From assembly GCA_963728565.1 (NCBI GenBank), contig CAVSLC010000004.1:64001-128000 (forward strand): DNA of 64,000 nucleotides, written 5' to 3'. Positions 1-9,618 of the stretch are shown here, in pieces. The DNA is from an uncultured delta proteobacterium. Its GTDB lineage: Bacteria > Desulfobacterota > Binatia > UBA9968. Made by a program: the position numbers and the translations under genes. The notes under the pieces were generated by a model. The model was given only the letters and a program-made list of their open reading frames with translations. It made no database searches and was not told the DNA's origin. How positions within the stretch are numbered: position 1 is the stretch's first letter; each line of letters opens with the position of its first letter.

Positions 1-2
1 AT

Positions 3-143
3 CCGCACGAAGTGAACAATGAATTCTGCAAACATGAAATCAGCGAGATGCTCGAAAACGAGGACATGACCGAGGCCGACAAGAAGGCGGTGCTCCATGA
101 AAATGCCCGCCGGTTTTACAGCCTTGGCACGCCGGCGCCATGA
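3..143 (+). CDS. 3' end of an amidohydrolase-family protein (partial, runs off window start)
   Basis: Frame 3 reads PHEVNNEFCKHEISEMLENEDMTEADKKAVLHENARRFYSLGTPAP*. The (DY)PH...KKAVLHENARRFY pattern is typical of amidohydrolase_2 C-termini. Confidence 0.7.
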   Translation, partial: PHEVNNEFCKHEISEMLENEDMTEADKKAVLHENARRFYSLGTPAP

Positions 144-840
144 AGCTCAGGCGCGCATCGGTTTGATCATTCCATCGAGCAATCGCCTGACCGAGCCACA
201 GTTTAACCGCTATGCGCCGCCGGGAGTGGACACCCATGTCACCCGGCTGCGCATGACCGGCAAGTTTCGCAAGCCGTTAGATGAGTTGAAGGCATCCCTG
301 GTCGCAGCGTCCGAGGCTCTTTCGGATGTGAAACCCGGCATCATCGTTTTCCACTGTACGGCAAACTCGATGGAGAATGGATTGGCGCACGAAGCCGCCA
401 TCGTTGAAATTATTGAACAGGCCAGCGGCTGTCCGACCCTCACCACCGCGCAAGCAATCACCCAAGCGTTCAACCACTTTGACATAAAAAAACTGGTGCT
501 GATCAGTCCCTATGTTCAAGCGACCAACCAACACGAAGTTCACTACTTGAATGAAGCCGGCTACACAGTCGTCCATGAGCTCGGTCTCGGACTCGAAACT
601 CAAGGTTATTCGGCAGTGACTCCCGAGGAGTGGAAAAGGATTGTCGGAGAAAATACCCGGGCAGATGCCGATGGCTACTTTCTCAGTTGCACGAACACGC
701 GGATGATCGAAGCCGTCCCCGATATTGAGCGGGAAATCGATAAACCGGTCGTCAGCAGCAACCAAGCAACTTTGTGGGCGTGCCTGAAGCGGCTAGGCAT
801 CGCCCATTCCGACAAGAAGCTGGGGCGTCTTTTCAATTAG
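140..840 (+). CDS. Maleate cis-trans isomerase / Asp-Glu racemase / arylmalonate decarboxylase family protein
   Basis: RIGLIIPSSN N-terminus, two catalytic-type cysteines (FHCTA, LSCTN), PVVSSNQA motif. The likely start is ATG 140, overlapping the upstream TGA; it needs one missing G near 150 to give MKLRARIG. The ORF track starts at 97. Confidence 0.85.
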
Positions 841-913
841 CTCCGCAGTTTCAGATCGGCTACCGCGTGCGCGCTCAGCGATTGCTTCGACTGCAAGCAC
901 CCGAAATGCATGT

Positions 914-3136
914 TTATAGTTTCGCCAGCTTTTCTTTTAACCCCGTGTGGCGCCGTTCCAAGCGAACGTTTTGAATCGCCATCGCCACAGCGCGGCGGTT
1001 GCCGACGAGTACCACTCTTTTCTTACCTCGAGTAACGGCAGTGTAAAGAATACTTCGATGGAGCATCATATAGTGGGACATGTGCAACGGGATGACCACC
1101 ACCGGGTATTCACTGCCCTGGCTCTTGTGAATCGATGTGGCATAGGCCAGGCTTATTTCATCCAGCTCATCGTCGTTGTACTCGATTGTCTTGTCGTAGA
1201 AATCGACCTGAACCTTTCCTTCCTTACGATCTATGCCGGTAATTCGGCCAAGGTCGCCGTTGTAAATACCTTTGTCATAGTTGTTGCGCAACTGCATGAC
1301 CTTGTCGTTGGCGCGAAGTAAGATTTCGCCGCGCTGAAGCGAATCGCCGATGGGATTGAGTAAACTCTGCATCTCGCGGTTCAGTTGGATAGTCCCGAGC
1401 ATGCCCCTGTGCATCGGCGTCAAGAGTTGGATAGCATGCGGCACCTCGTCGGCTGCGAGGTTCAACGTTCGCGGTAACTCCTCTTTAACCAGCTCCTTGA
1501 GCGATTGGAGAATTTCTTCTTCGGACTCGCGCGCCAGAAGAATGAAGTCTCGCTCCGAATTATCGCTCGGCGTCACTAACGACTGCCCCTGGAGAATACG
1601 ATGAGCGTTGGCGACGATCAGGCTATGCCGATCTTGCCGGAAGATGCGGCGCAACATGACCACCGGTATGATTCCAGAATCAATCAGATCGCGCAGCACG
1701 CTGCCCGGTCCCACTGACGGAAGCTGATCGACATCGCCGATGAGAACGAGATGACTATGGCGGTCGATGGCGCTAAGCAGATTATCCATGAGCGACAGAT
1801 CCACCATCGAGGCCTCATCGATGATCACCACGTCGGCCTCCAACGGCCGATCTTCGCTCCGTTGAAAGCCGCCTTCATGTGGATTGTATTCGAGCAGCCG
1901 GTGAATCGTCATCGCTTCTTCCCCGGCGCTTTCAGCCATGCGCTTGGCCGCTCGTCCGGTCGGCGCCGCGAGAACGAAGGAAAATTTCGCGCGCCGCAAA
2001 AGAGCCAATAATGAGTTGAGCAAAGTGGTTTTGCCGGTTCCGGGCCCGCCGGTGATGACCAAAACCTTTTGCTGCAGCGCTTGGCGCACCGCTTCTTGTT
2101 GTTCCTCTTCGAGAATCGCAAAGGATTGATCGATGAGTTCCAGATCGGTCAACCCTATCAACTCGCGTGGTTCGGTGGTGGAACCGGGGACGGACTTTCT
2201 TCCGCCGCCGAGCGTGACAGAAGGACTCGACAGTAGCCGGTGCAGCGCTTCAGCGACTCGCTGCTCGGCGCGATAGAGGTCGGCCAGATAGACATGCGCC
2301 CGCTCCTCGCTGGTAGTCTGTTCCAGGATCACATCGCCGCTTGCAGCCAGCTTTTCCATCGCATCCTCGATCACACCTTCGCCCACACGCAGCAGCGCCG
2401 CGGCATTCCTGATTAGAGCCGAGAAAAGCACGAAACAATGCCCCTGATCGACAAACTCTTTGAGGACATGAAGCACGCCCGCCTGCACACGAAGGGGGAA
2501 ATCACCGCTAATCCCGAGTCTCGCGGCGATGCGGTCTGCCAGGACAAAACCGACACCATAGATATCGCGCGCCAGCGCATAAGGATTGTCCTTGACCCGC
2601 CGGATGGTATCCAAGCCGTAGAACCGGTAGATTTTGAGCGCCAGTGCGGCGCCGATGCCGTGTCCTTGCAAGAACACCATGATGTCTTGCATTCCGCGCT
2701 GCGCCTCCCAGGCTTGCATAATCCCGCGCGCCCGCGCGGCGCCGATGCCTTCGACTTCAAGCACACGATGCGGCTCCTGGGAGAGAATCCTCAAAGTTTC
2801 CAATCCGAAGGCGTCGACCAAACGTCGCGCATAGGTCGGCCCGATGCCTTTGATCATGCCCGAGCCAAGGTATTTTTCGATGCCTTCCAAAGTTGCCGGA
2901 TCAACCTTTTCCCAATGATCGGCTTGAAATTGTTGGCCGTAGCGCGGGTGCGTTTTCCAGAAACCGAAAACTTTGATCTCCTCGCCTTCCGAAACGGGAT
3001 AGACTGCGCCGACTACGGTGACGCCCGGGGCATTTTCGACGTCCAGCCGCAAAACCGTATAGTTAGTGTCGGGATGATGGTAGGTTATCTTATGCACGGT
3101 GCCCTGCACCGTGATTTTCTCGGGCTGTTTTATCAC
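914..3136 (-). CDS. recD2: ATP-dependent RecD2-like SF1B DNA helicase
   Basis: N-terminal OB-like region (HPRYGQQF), HhH motifs (IKGIGP, VEGIG), Walker A GGPGTGKT, LAAPTGRAAKR, IIDEASM, GDVDQLPSVGPG, YATSIHKSQGSE, LYTAVTRGK. Confidence 0.95.
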   Translation of the reverse strand: MIKQPEKITVQGTVHKITYHHPDTNYTVLRLDVENAPGVTVVGAVYPVSEGEEIKVFGFWKTHPRYGQQFQADHWEKVDPATLEGIEKYLGSGMIKGIGPTYARRLVDAFGLETLRILSQEPHRVLEVEGIGAARARGIMQAWEAQRGMQDIMVFLQGHGIGAALALKIYRFYGLDTIRRVKDNPYALARDIYGVGFVLADRIAARLGISGDFPLRVQAGVLHVLKEFVDQGHCFVLFSALIRNAAALLRVGEGVIEDAMEKLAASGDVILEQTTSEERAHVYLADLYRAEQRVAEALHRLLSSPSVTLGGGRKSVPGSTTEPRELIGLTDLELIDQSFAILEEEQQEAVRQALQQKVLVITGGPGTGKTTLLNSLLALLRRAKFSFVLAAPTGRAAKRMAESAGEEAMTIHRLLEYNPHEGGFQRSEDRPLEADVVIIDEASMVDLSLMDNLLSAIDRHSHLVLIGDVDQLPSVGPGSVLRDLIDSGIIPVVMLRRIFRQDRHSLIVANAHRILQGQSLVTPSDNSERDFILLARESEEEILQSLKELVKEELPRTLNLAADEVPHAIQLLTPMHRGMLGTIQLNREMQSLLNPIGDSLQRGEILLRANDKVMQLRNNYDKGIYNGDLGRITGIDRKEGKVQVDFYDKTIEYNDDELDEISLAYATSIHKSQGSEYPVVVIPLHMSHYMMLHRSILYTAVTRGKKRVVLVGNRRAVAMAIQNVRLERRHTGLKEKLAKL

Positions 3137-3425
3137 GACGTCTTATTCCGGGCGTGTACGGATTGAATCATTCCCGCCCAAAAGCCTTAGCTCCGGAGCG
3201 GGCGTTGACCCCATTCGCCGAGTTGCGCCAACCTGTCGTGGCTCGAGTTTTGCTATAAATAACAAGCGCTTGCGTTTTCCCGAGCGGATGCTTACATTCG
3301 ACTCTAGCAGATATGCGCCGCCTCCCGCACCTGACCCATCCATTCCAGAACGTTGCCTCCCGGTGATACTCACGCCGAACGTGTTTTCCGTTGTCTTCGG
3401 ACTGAAGATACGGAGGAGAGAATTG

Positions 3426-4745
3426 ATGATCGTCGAAAATCTTTTTTTTGAAGCAGCCGTCATTTTTCTTTTAATTCTGGCCAACGGATTCTTCGCTGCT
3501 TCGGAAATCGCCATGATCGCAATCCGCAAAAGCCGGATCGATACAATGATCGAAAAGGGGGTCAAACGCGCTTTAATTATCGGCCGCCTCAAGAAAGATC
3601 CAGACCGATTTTTGGCCACGGTACAGATCGGGGTTACGATTGTCAGCTCGCTGGCCTCGGCCCTCGGCGGGGCTGCGGCGATCTCATTTGTTAAACCGGC
3701 TATTGAAGCGGCGGCGATTCCGGCCCTCGCCCCTTGGGCCGACGTGATCGCCATCGCAGTGGTAGTTATCCCGATCTCCTACCTTTCGCTGGTATTCGGC
3801 GAATTGGTGCCCAAATCGCTCGCGCTTCGCTTCTCTGAGCAGATCGCATGCATGGCTGCCCGCCCGATCGATCTTTTGTCGCGCCTTAGCTCATTTCTTG
3901 TAAAATTTCTGACCGGGTCCAGCAATGCGGTGCTTCGGTTGTTCGGCGGCTCCGAAGTCGAAGGCGCGAGTTTCATCAGCGTTGAGGAGGTGAAATCTCT
4001 CATTCGTGAAGGAGCGGCGAAAGGTATCTTCAACGAAACTGAGAAAGAGCTGATCCATGGTGTGTTTGAGCTGGCCGACACGCCAGTGAAAGCCGTCATG
4101 GTGCCGCGCACTGAAATTCACGCGCTCGAGATTCACTCCACCCCCAGCGAAGCCGCCGCGAGTTTCATCGAAAGCGGCTTCTCGCGCATCCCTATCTATG
4201 ACGGCGAGCTGGATCATGTGGTCGGGGTTCTTTATAACAAAGATTTCTTTAAGACTCTGCAACAAAAAACCGAGTTTCGGATAAAAGATCACCTGCACCC
4301 GGCATTTTTCGTCCCCAGCACGTTGCCCATAAGCGAGCTGCTCAAGCAGTTGCAACGGCGCCGACTTGCGATGGCGATGGTGGTCAACGAATTCGGCGAG
4401 GTCGAGGGATTGGCGACTCTTGAAGACCTGCTGGAGGAGATCGTCGGCGAAATCCGCGACGAGTATGATCGCGAAGAGCGCGGCCCGGTGGACCGGTTGC
4501 CTGACGGCTCGATGGTGATCCAGGGCTCGGCGCTGCTGAAGGATCTGAAAGCGGACTTCGACCTGCCGTTCGAGGAGTCACCCGATTATCATACGCTTGC
4601 CGGGTTCCTGCTAGCCAGACTAAAACGCATTCCCCGGGGCGGTGAATGGGTCGAAGAAAATGGTTACAAGCTCACTATCGTCGATATGGAAGGAAGGCGC
4701 ATCGTCAAGATAAAACTGGAGCAAAATCCGCACAAGCAACTTTGA
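3426..4745 (+). CDS. HlyC/CorC (CNNM/DUF21-CBS-CorC) family transporter
   Basis: ANGFFAASEIA, FLATVQIGVT, FGELVPKSLA, CBS pair (MVPRTEI, GFSRIPIY, TLEDLLEEIVGEIRDEYD), CorC C-terminal domain. Start moved to ATG 3426 behind GGAGGAG. Confidence 0.92.
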   Translation: MIVENLFFEAAVIFLLILANGFFAASEIAMIAIRKSRIDTMIEKGVKRALIIGRLKKDPDRFLATVQIGVTIVSSLASALGGAAAISFVKPAIEAAAIPALAPWADVIAIAVVVIPISYLSLVFGELVPKSLALRFSEQIACMAARPIDLLSRLSSFLVKFLTGSSNAVLRLFGGSEVEGASFISVEEVKSLIREGAAKGIFNETEKELIHGVFELADTPVKAVMVPRTEIHALEIHSTPSEAAASFIESGFSRIPIYDGELDHVVGVLYNKDFFKTLQQKTEFRIKDHLHPAFFVPSTLPISELLKQLQRRRLAMAMVVNEFGEVEGLATLEDLLEEIVGEIRDEYDREERGPVDRLPDGSMVIQGSALLKDLKADFDLPFEESPDYHTLAGFLLARLKRIPRGGEWVEENGYKLTIVDMEGRRIVKIKLEQNPHKQL

Positions 4746-4751
4746 AACTGG

Positions 4752-5165
4752 TTAGTAGCAACGGATTTCTATCTCGTTGCCGTCGGGATCGAGGAAGTAG
4801 ACGGATGTCGCTCTGCCACGGGCGCCCCAGCGCGATACCGGCCCTTCTCTGATAATGATTCTGTTATCTTTCAAGTAGTCGATAATTCCGGCGAAATCCT
4901 CTTTGCTGGTGACCATGCAAAAATGATTCAGATTGCCCGCTGGTTTTCCGTCACTCGGCCTACTCTGCCGTCCCTGAACTGGAAACAAATCGATGATGGT
5001 GTCGGCATTGATGCGCACGGACGGAAAGCCGGCCTTGCCGGTTCGGAATTCGTCGATACGTTCCGCTTTCAAGCCCATCACACCGGTGTAGAATTGCAGA
5101 GAGCGTTCGATATCACCGACGTTCAGCACGATATGGTCGAGCTCGCTAATTTTAAACCCGCTCAT
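4752..5165 (-). CDS. VOC/glyoxalase family protein
   Basis: LDHIVLNV..IERSLQFY, NHFC, SVYFLDPDGNEIE motifs; overlaps the hisC stop by 4 nt. Confidence 0.9.
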   Translation of the reverse strand: MSGFKISELDHIVLNVGDIERSLQFYTGVMGLKAERIDEFRTGKAGFPSVRINADTIIDLFPVQGRQSRPSDGKPAGNLNHFCMVTSKEDFAGIIDYLKDNRIIIREGPVSRWGARGRATSVYFLDPDGNEIEIRCY

Positions 5166-6256
5166 AATTTGCCTCCTCCGCTTCGTAACGGATTAACCGA
5201 ATCCTTCTGAATCGCTGCGATCTCGTGCAACAACATTTCGACATCTTCGGGAGTGCCGACAGTGATGCGCAAGCTGTCTCGCAGTTCCGGTGTATCAAAA
5301 TAGCGCACGTAAATCTTTCTTTCCCGTAACGCCTGGTAAAGCGCTTTTTGCTCCTGCCCTTTCCTTTGCGCCATTACAAAATTGGCCTGCGAAGGGTAGA
5401 CATAAAAACCCAGCTTGACCAATCCGTCGACCAGTTGGCGCCGGGTTTGCTGGATACGGCGAACATTCTGCTGCATCCAGGGAAGATCCTGCAATGCAGC
5501 CGTCGCGGCAACCAGGCTCAGCCGATTTAGATTGTAACTGTCTTTGACCTTCATCATACCGGCAATCAATTCGGCGGGGGCAAAAGCGAGACCGATACGC
5601 AGACCCGCGAGAGAAAAGGATTTCGAGAAAGTCCGCAGCACGATCAGATTGGGAATGCTCTGAATCAAACAAATAGCCGATGACCCAGGGTCTTCAGCGA
5701 AATCGATGTAAGCCTCGTCGACAACGAGAACTCCGAACACGGCCTGAGCTAGCCTCTCGATTTCGCTCAAGCTTACCAATGTTCCCGACGGCGAGTTGGG
5801 ATTACACAAAAAAGTGACGGCGGCATTCGCCAAGTGTAACTCCGGCGGAATTGAGAAATCGGCAGGAAAATTCTCGCACACCAGCTCGCCATCTTGAACC
5901 TTCACCAAAGTCTCATAAAGCGAATACGTGGGCACTGGGAATGCGACTCGATCGCCGCGACCGACAAAACAACGCAAGATAATTGACAGGATTTCATCCG
6001 AGCCATTCCCGGCCAGAATATTCTCAACGCGGACACCATAAACTTCTGCTGCAATGTTGCGCAGAGAATCGCTGAGCGGTTCCGGATAGAGCCTGAGCGA
6101 CTGGTTTGTCGCTTCACGTAATGCCGCGAGCACGCCTGGCGAGGGCGGGTAGGGGTTCTCGTTTGTGTTGAGCTTCGCAAGCTTTTCATCACCAGGTTGC
6201 TCGCCGGGAACATAGCCGGCCATCGATGCAATGTTGGAGCGAAAATAACGTGACAT
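5162..6256 (-). CDS. hisC: Histidinol-phosphate aminotransferase
   Basis: KLNTNENPYPPS, GNGSDE, CNPNSPSG, VDEAY, RTFSKSFSLAGLRIG (PLP lysine), LRITVG. Start set at MSRYFRS (6256). Confidence 0.93.
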   Translation of the reverse strand: MSRYFRSNIASMAGYVPGEQPGDEKLAKLNTNENPYPPSPGVLAALREATNQSLRLYPEPLSDSLRNIAAEVYGVRVENILAGNGSDEILSIILRCFVGRGDRVAFPVPTYSLYETLVKVQDGELVCENFPADFSIPPELHLANAAVTFLCNPNSPSGTLVSLSEIERLAQAVFGVLVVDEAYIDFAEDPGSSAICLIQSIPNLIVLRTFSKSFSLAGLRIGLAFAPAELIAGMMKVKDSYNLNRLSLVAATAALQDLPWMQQNVRRIQQTRRQLVDGLVKLGFYVYPSQANFVMAQRKGQEQKALYQALRERKIYVRYFDTPELRDSLRITVGTPEDVEMLLHEIAAIQKDSVNPLRSGGGKL

Positions 6257-6473
6257 GGTGCGGATTCTAGCTGTCGTCAAAACCCATTTCAAACCACAAT
6301 TAATTAACTGTTCCGAGGTAAGCGCCATCGAACGGCTCTTAGCTTGGTCTAAAGGTTTTGTCCAAATTTAATCGATTTTGTCCAGGAATAGCTCCGTTGT
6401 GCACGATTTCACACGATTCTGCGTAACCGCTGTTTATAAGCTCCTGGAAATTAAGCGATTTCGTTTTTGCTGA

Positions 6474-6489
6474 TGGCATGTTTTTGGCA
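6474..6489 (+). promoter_or_regulatory. Candidate sigma-54 (-24/-12) promoter for the coiled-coil/KaiC operon
   Basis: TGGCATGTTTTTGGCA has GG and GC at canonical spacing and is near consensus TGGCACG-N4-TTGC; it lies about 200 bp upstream of ORF 6682. Confidence 0.5.
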
Positions 6490-6681
6490 CTAGGCCGGCA
6501 GGTTCGTGCTGCTGCGAGAGCGCGCCGTGCTTCCGAAAGTCTGCCGAGATTTGCTCCGAGAAGTTTTCCTTAGGCAACAGTCACGGCCTTAATTGGGTGA
6601 GAATACGGAGGCATTCAGTGTTAACTCCGCCGCAGACGTTGATGGCGGTCGGACTAAGACGGCGAAGCGAATTCGGCAGCG

Positions 6682-7857
6682 TTGGAGGAAAGTATGCACA
6701 ATCGTAATCAGTGTGAGATTGATGAAGTGGCCGCCTTGCAACAAGCAATTGGAGCTAAGGAATTGCTCTTGCGTGAGCGCGAGGCTGCGTTCGAAGCTCT
6801 GGAACAAAGGTTGAACTCGACGATCGAACAGCTGAGCGCGAACCTGAATGAAAAACAAACTTTAATCGGTCAAAACGAGATCAAATCTCGACAAGCGAAA
6901 GCCGACATTAGTGAGATCGTCGAACAGAAGACCCGACTGGAAATGCTTCAAAAACAAACAGAACGATTGTTATCGGCTCAAGCCGAGCAGATCCGCGCCG
7001 GAGTTCGCGCTGAAATCCAATCTTTGGAGAGGCAGCTCATCGACAAGCACTCGGAGCTTCAAAAGTGCCAGGCCTGCGCCATGGACCTGCGACATCGATT
7101 AGCGGAGATGCAGTTGCTCAGTGAAACACGAGCCGTTCAGATCGAGGATCTTAAGGCAGAAACCGTTCGCCTTTCACTGGAAATTGACCGGCGCGAGCCG
7201 GTCAAGCTCGGAACCGCATCTGGCGGTGATCATGACTTCGGCCGCGGCCGAGAGCCCGAAGCTGCGTGCGGTGAGATTTCGGCCGCGCTCGACACAAGCA
7301 GCCACAATTCAGACAAAGCAGAAACATCGGCGTGGGATGAAATCACGACCCTGCGCCACGACGCGGAAGAAAAGAATCTTCTTCTCGCCAGTCGCAATGA
7401 AGAACTGATGCGGGTGAAAGCAGAGATGGACCTTCTTCAAGGCGAGCTAGGCGAACTCAAATCGGGCATCAAGCGCATTCAGGAATCGGCCGAGACTGAA
7501 AGCGCAGAGATGCGCAGCGAGTTTCAAGCCCAAGTGGCTTTTCTACAGGCGGAGCTGAGCCAAAGGGACTGGACGCTCCAAGAACGTGAAGCAGCGCAGA
7601 AAGTTCTTGAGCAAGGACTTCGCGCGAAGATCGGCCAATTGGAAGTTCAGCTCGAGCAGGTAAAAACTTCTACTGAAGGTCCAGCTCAGGAATTCGTTCT
7701 CGGTGTTAACTGGGAGTCAGAAGCGCGGTTGGATGATACCTGGAAGCTGCAAGAACGGCTTGACGGCAACGGCGCGGAAGTCGCGCAAACGTCCTCCAAC
7801 CAATCTGGCAAGTGGCGCAACTGCGGTCCGTGGAAAAGACGCTGGCGATCGCGATAA
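6682..7857 (+). CDS. Long coiled-coil protein of unknown function with basic/Trp C-terminal tail
   Basis: E/Q/L/K/R-rich heptad pattern in two blocks separated by a G/S/D linker; ends GKWRNCGPWKRRWRSR. Confidence 0.75.
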   Translation: MEESMHNRNQCEIDEVAALQQAIGAKELLLREREAAFEALEQRLNSTIEQLSANLNEKQTLIGQNEIKSRQAKADISEIVEQKTRLEMLQKQTERLLSAQAEQIRAGVRAEIQSLERQLIDKHSELQKCQACAMDLRHRLAEMQLLSETRAVQIEDLKAETVRLSLEIDRREPVKLGTASGGDHDFGRGREPEAACGEISAALDTSSHNSDKAETSAWDEITTLRHDAEEKNLLLASRNEELMRVKAEMDLLQGELGELKSGIKRIQESAETESAEMRSEFQAQVAFLQAELSQRDWTLQEREAAQKVLEQGLRAKIGQLEVQLEQVKTSTEGPAQEFVLGVNWESEARLDDTWKLQERLDGNGAEVAQTSSNQSGKWRNCGPWKRRWRSR

Positions 7858-7909
7858 GCGGCGCGCAACCTGCCTTAATCCGATAGATTTTACCTCTGGA
7901 AGGACAACC

Positions 7910-8632
7910 ATGATAAAGACCGAACGAGTGACAACCGGGATTACAGGATTGGATCAACTTCTTGAAGGTGGTTTTCCCAAGGGCCGTTCTGTTCTCGTTA
8001 CCGGCGAACCTGGAACCGGGAAGACGATCTTCGCGCTACAATTCCTGGTGGAAGGCCTGAGGCGTGGGGAAAAGGGCATCTACGTCGCGGCTGATGAAGG
8101 TCCGACGGACATCATAGAACAGGCCGCCTCACTGGGATGGGATCTAGAGAAATACATTGAGGCGAAGGAGCTGGCGATCCTCAACGCTGGAACTTATCTG
8201 AGCTCCTCATCCGCCGCAGGAAAAGAGCGGCAGATCGATATCCATAAAGCGATCGGTGATCTTGCCGGGTTCGTTAACCGCTTAGGAGCAAAACGGCTGG
8301 TGCTGGATCCGGCTGGACCGTTTGTTCTGCTGCGCGACACAACAACTCGCATCCAGGATCAGACCCGCCTGCTGATCAAGCTACTGCGAACTTCGATGCA
8401 GACAACCAATATTCTCACCTCTTACGGCGTGCCACGAACCGGCGAACGGACACTGCATGGAATCGAGGAATACCTCGTCGCCGGCGCGATTGTCCTGGAG
8501 ATCGTCTGGAGGGACGGTAAGTTGGGTCGGAGCATGGTGATCGAAAAGATGCGCTGCACCGACGTCAAGCCGGCGCAGCACACATTTGACATTAGCAAAG
8601 GTCAGGGGTTCGTCCTCGATCCTCTGCCCTAA
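7910..8632 (+). CDS. Single-domain KaiC/RAD55-like ATPase 1
   Basis: RVTTGITGLDQLLEGGFP, Walker A GEPGTGKT, LGWD, RLVLD, GIEEYL, EKMRCT. ATG 7910 follows GGAAGGA. Confidence 0.9.
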   Translation: MIKTERVTTGITGLDQLLEGGFPKGRSVLVTGEPGTGKTIFALQFLVEGLRRGEKGIYVAADEGPTDIIEQAASLGWDLEKYIEAKELAILNAGTYLSSSSAAGKERQIDIHKAIGDLAGFVNRLGAKRLVLDPAGPFVLLRDTTTRIQDQTRLLIKLLRTSMQTTNILTSYGVPRTGERTLHGIEEYLVAGAIVLEIVWRDGKLGRSMVIEKMRCTDVKPAQHTFDISKGQGFVLDPLP

Positions 8633-8656
8633 CGCATCGCGCAGGTGACAATCACA

Positions 8657-9445
8657 ATGAATCCCCAGCGTGTTTCCACCGGTGTATCCGGCTTAGATTC
8701 GCAGCTGATTGGCGGGTTCATCAAAGGCCGTTCCTATATTGTCCTCGGCGACGCTGGAACGGGTAAAACCACGGCCTGCCTGCAGTTCCTTCTTAGCGGT
8801 CTCAAGCAGGGGGAGAAGGGACTTTACATCACCGTCGATGAACGACCTGCGGAAATCATCGAGTCCGCGGCATCTCTGGGATGGGATTTTGAATCCTACA
8901 CTCGAGATAAAAGCCTGGTGATGCTCGATGCCTCGCCTTACTTCAGCGGGCGAGCCAGCGCCGCACAGGACAAGGGCGTGGATCTGCAGAAGATAGTTTC
9001 GGATCTCGCCGGGTATGCCAAAAGAATCGATGCCAATCGTCTTGTTATCGACTCGGTCACACCGTTGATTTTTTCGGACTCGCCGAGCCGAGTTCAGGAT
9101 CAGGCTCGTTCCTTCATTCACCTCGTGCATTCGCAATTGAGTACCACCAACCTATTTAGTGCCCAGCACTCTAGCCGGGCCCCCGATCCTAGTTTCGGGA
9201 TAGAGGAATTCCTAGTTTCCGGCGTCCTGCATCTGAAAACAATTCCGGTTGATAGCGGATTTGCTCGCAAGCTCACGATAAAAAAAATGCGCGGCACGCC
9301 GATCCAGCCCAGCGAGTACTGGTTTGCAATCATCGCGGGCGAAGGCATTGTTTTGACTGAAGAAGGCGAGCGGCCCGCGGCGGCGCAGGAATCGGGCGAC
9401 ACAACATTGCTGGAATACTTCGAGCCTCTCGCCAGATCAAAGTAA
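8657..9445 (+). CDS. Single-domain KaiC/RAD55-like ATPase 2
   Basis: RVSTGVSGLD..GG, Walker A GDAGTGKT, LGWD, RLVIDS, GIEEFL, KKMRGT. Confidence 0.9.
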   Translation: MNPQRVSTGVSGLDSQLIGGFIKGRSYIVLGDAGTGKTTACLQFLLSGLKQGEKGLYITVDERPAEIIESAASLGWDFESYTRDKSLVMLDASPYFSGRASAAQDKGVDLQKIVSDLAGYAKRIDANRLVIDSVTPLIFSDSPSRVQDQARSFIHLVHSQLSTTNLFSAQHSSRAPDPSFGIEEFLVSGVLHLKTIPVDSGFARKLTIKKMRGTPIQPSEYWFAIIAGEGIVLTEEGERPAAAQESGDTTLLEYFEPLARSK

Positions 9446-9566
9446 CCGGCTTTTTCAGATCCGCCTGGGGCGCTGGTTTTCATTTCTCTTCTCCTACACC
9501 GGCCTAAAACATCGCCGTAGCAGCTCCAACCCGTCCAGAGCAAGATCGCGGCGCCGGTCGTTTTTC

Positions 9567-9595
9567 TTGACACCCTCCTAAGTGATGATTAGCTT
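9567..9595 (+). promoter_or_regulatory. Sigma-70-type promoter of clpB
   Basis: TTGACA-17 bp-TAGCTT, followed by AGGAG and the clpB ATG at 9619. Confidence 0.65.
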
Positions 9596-9618
9596 TTGGG
9601 GGTCTAAAGGAGAAATAA

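Noticed and set aside
914-3136. Anti-phage or conjugative helicase system
   Set aside because: Standard stand-alone RecD2 architecture among housekeeping genes, with no nuclease, relaxase or mobile-element partners.
3099-3425. 109-aa N-terminal extension of the HlyC/CorC protein in the ORF track
   Set aside because: It overlaps the recD2 start and divergent promoter region; a strong RBS precedes ATG 3426.
7703-7909. N-terminal extension of KaiC-like ATPase 1
   Set aside because: It overlaps the coiled-coil gene; family similarity and the RBS begin at 7910.
7910-9445. Circadian clock kaiC or gas-vesicle gvpD locus
   Set aside because: Both proteins are single-domain and lack the Ser/Thr phosphosites; no kaiA/kaiB or gvp genes are in the window.
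9540-9618. CIRCE/HrcA or CtsR operator upstream of clpB
   Set aside because: No TTAGCACTC-N9-GAGTGCTAA or CtsR heptad repeats are seen; only a sigma-70-like promoter.
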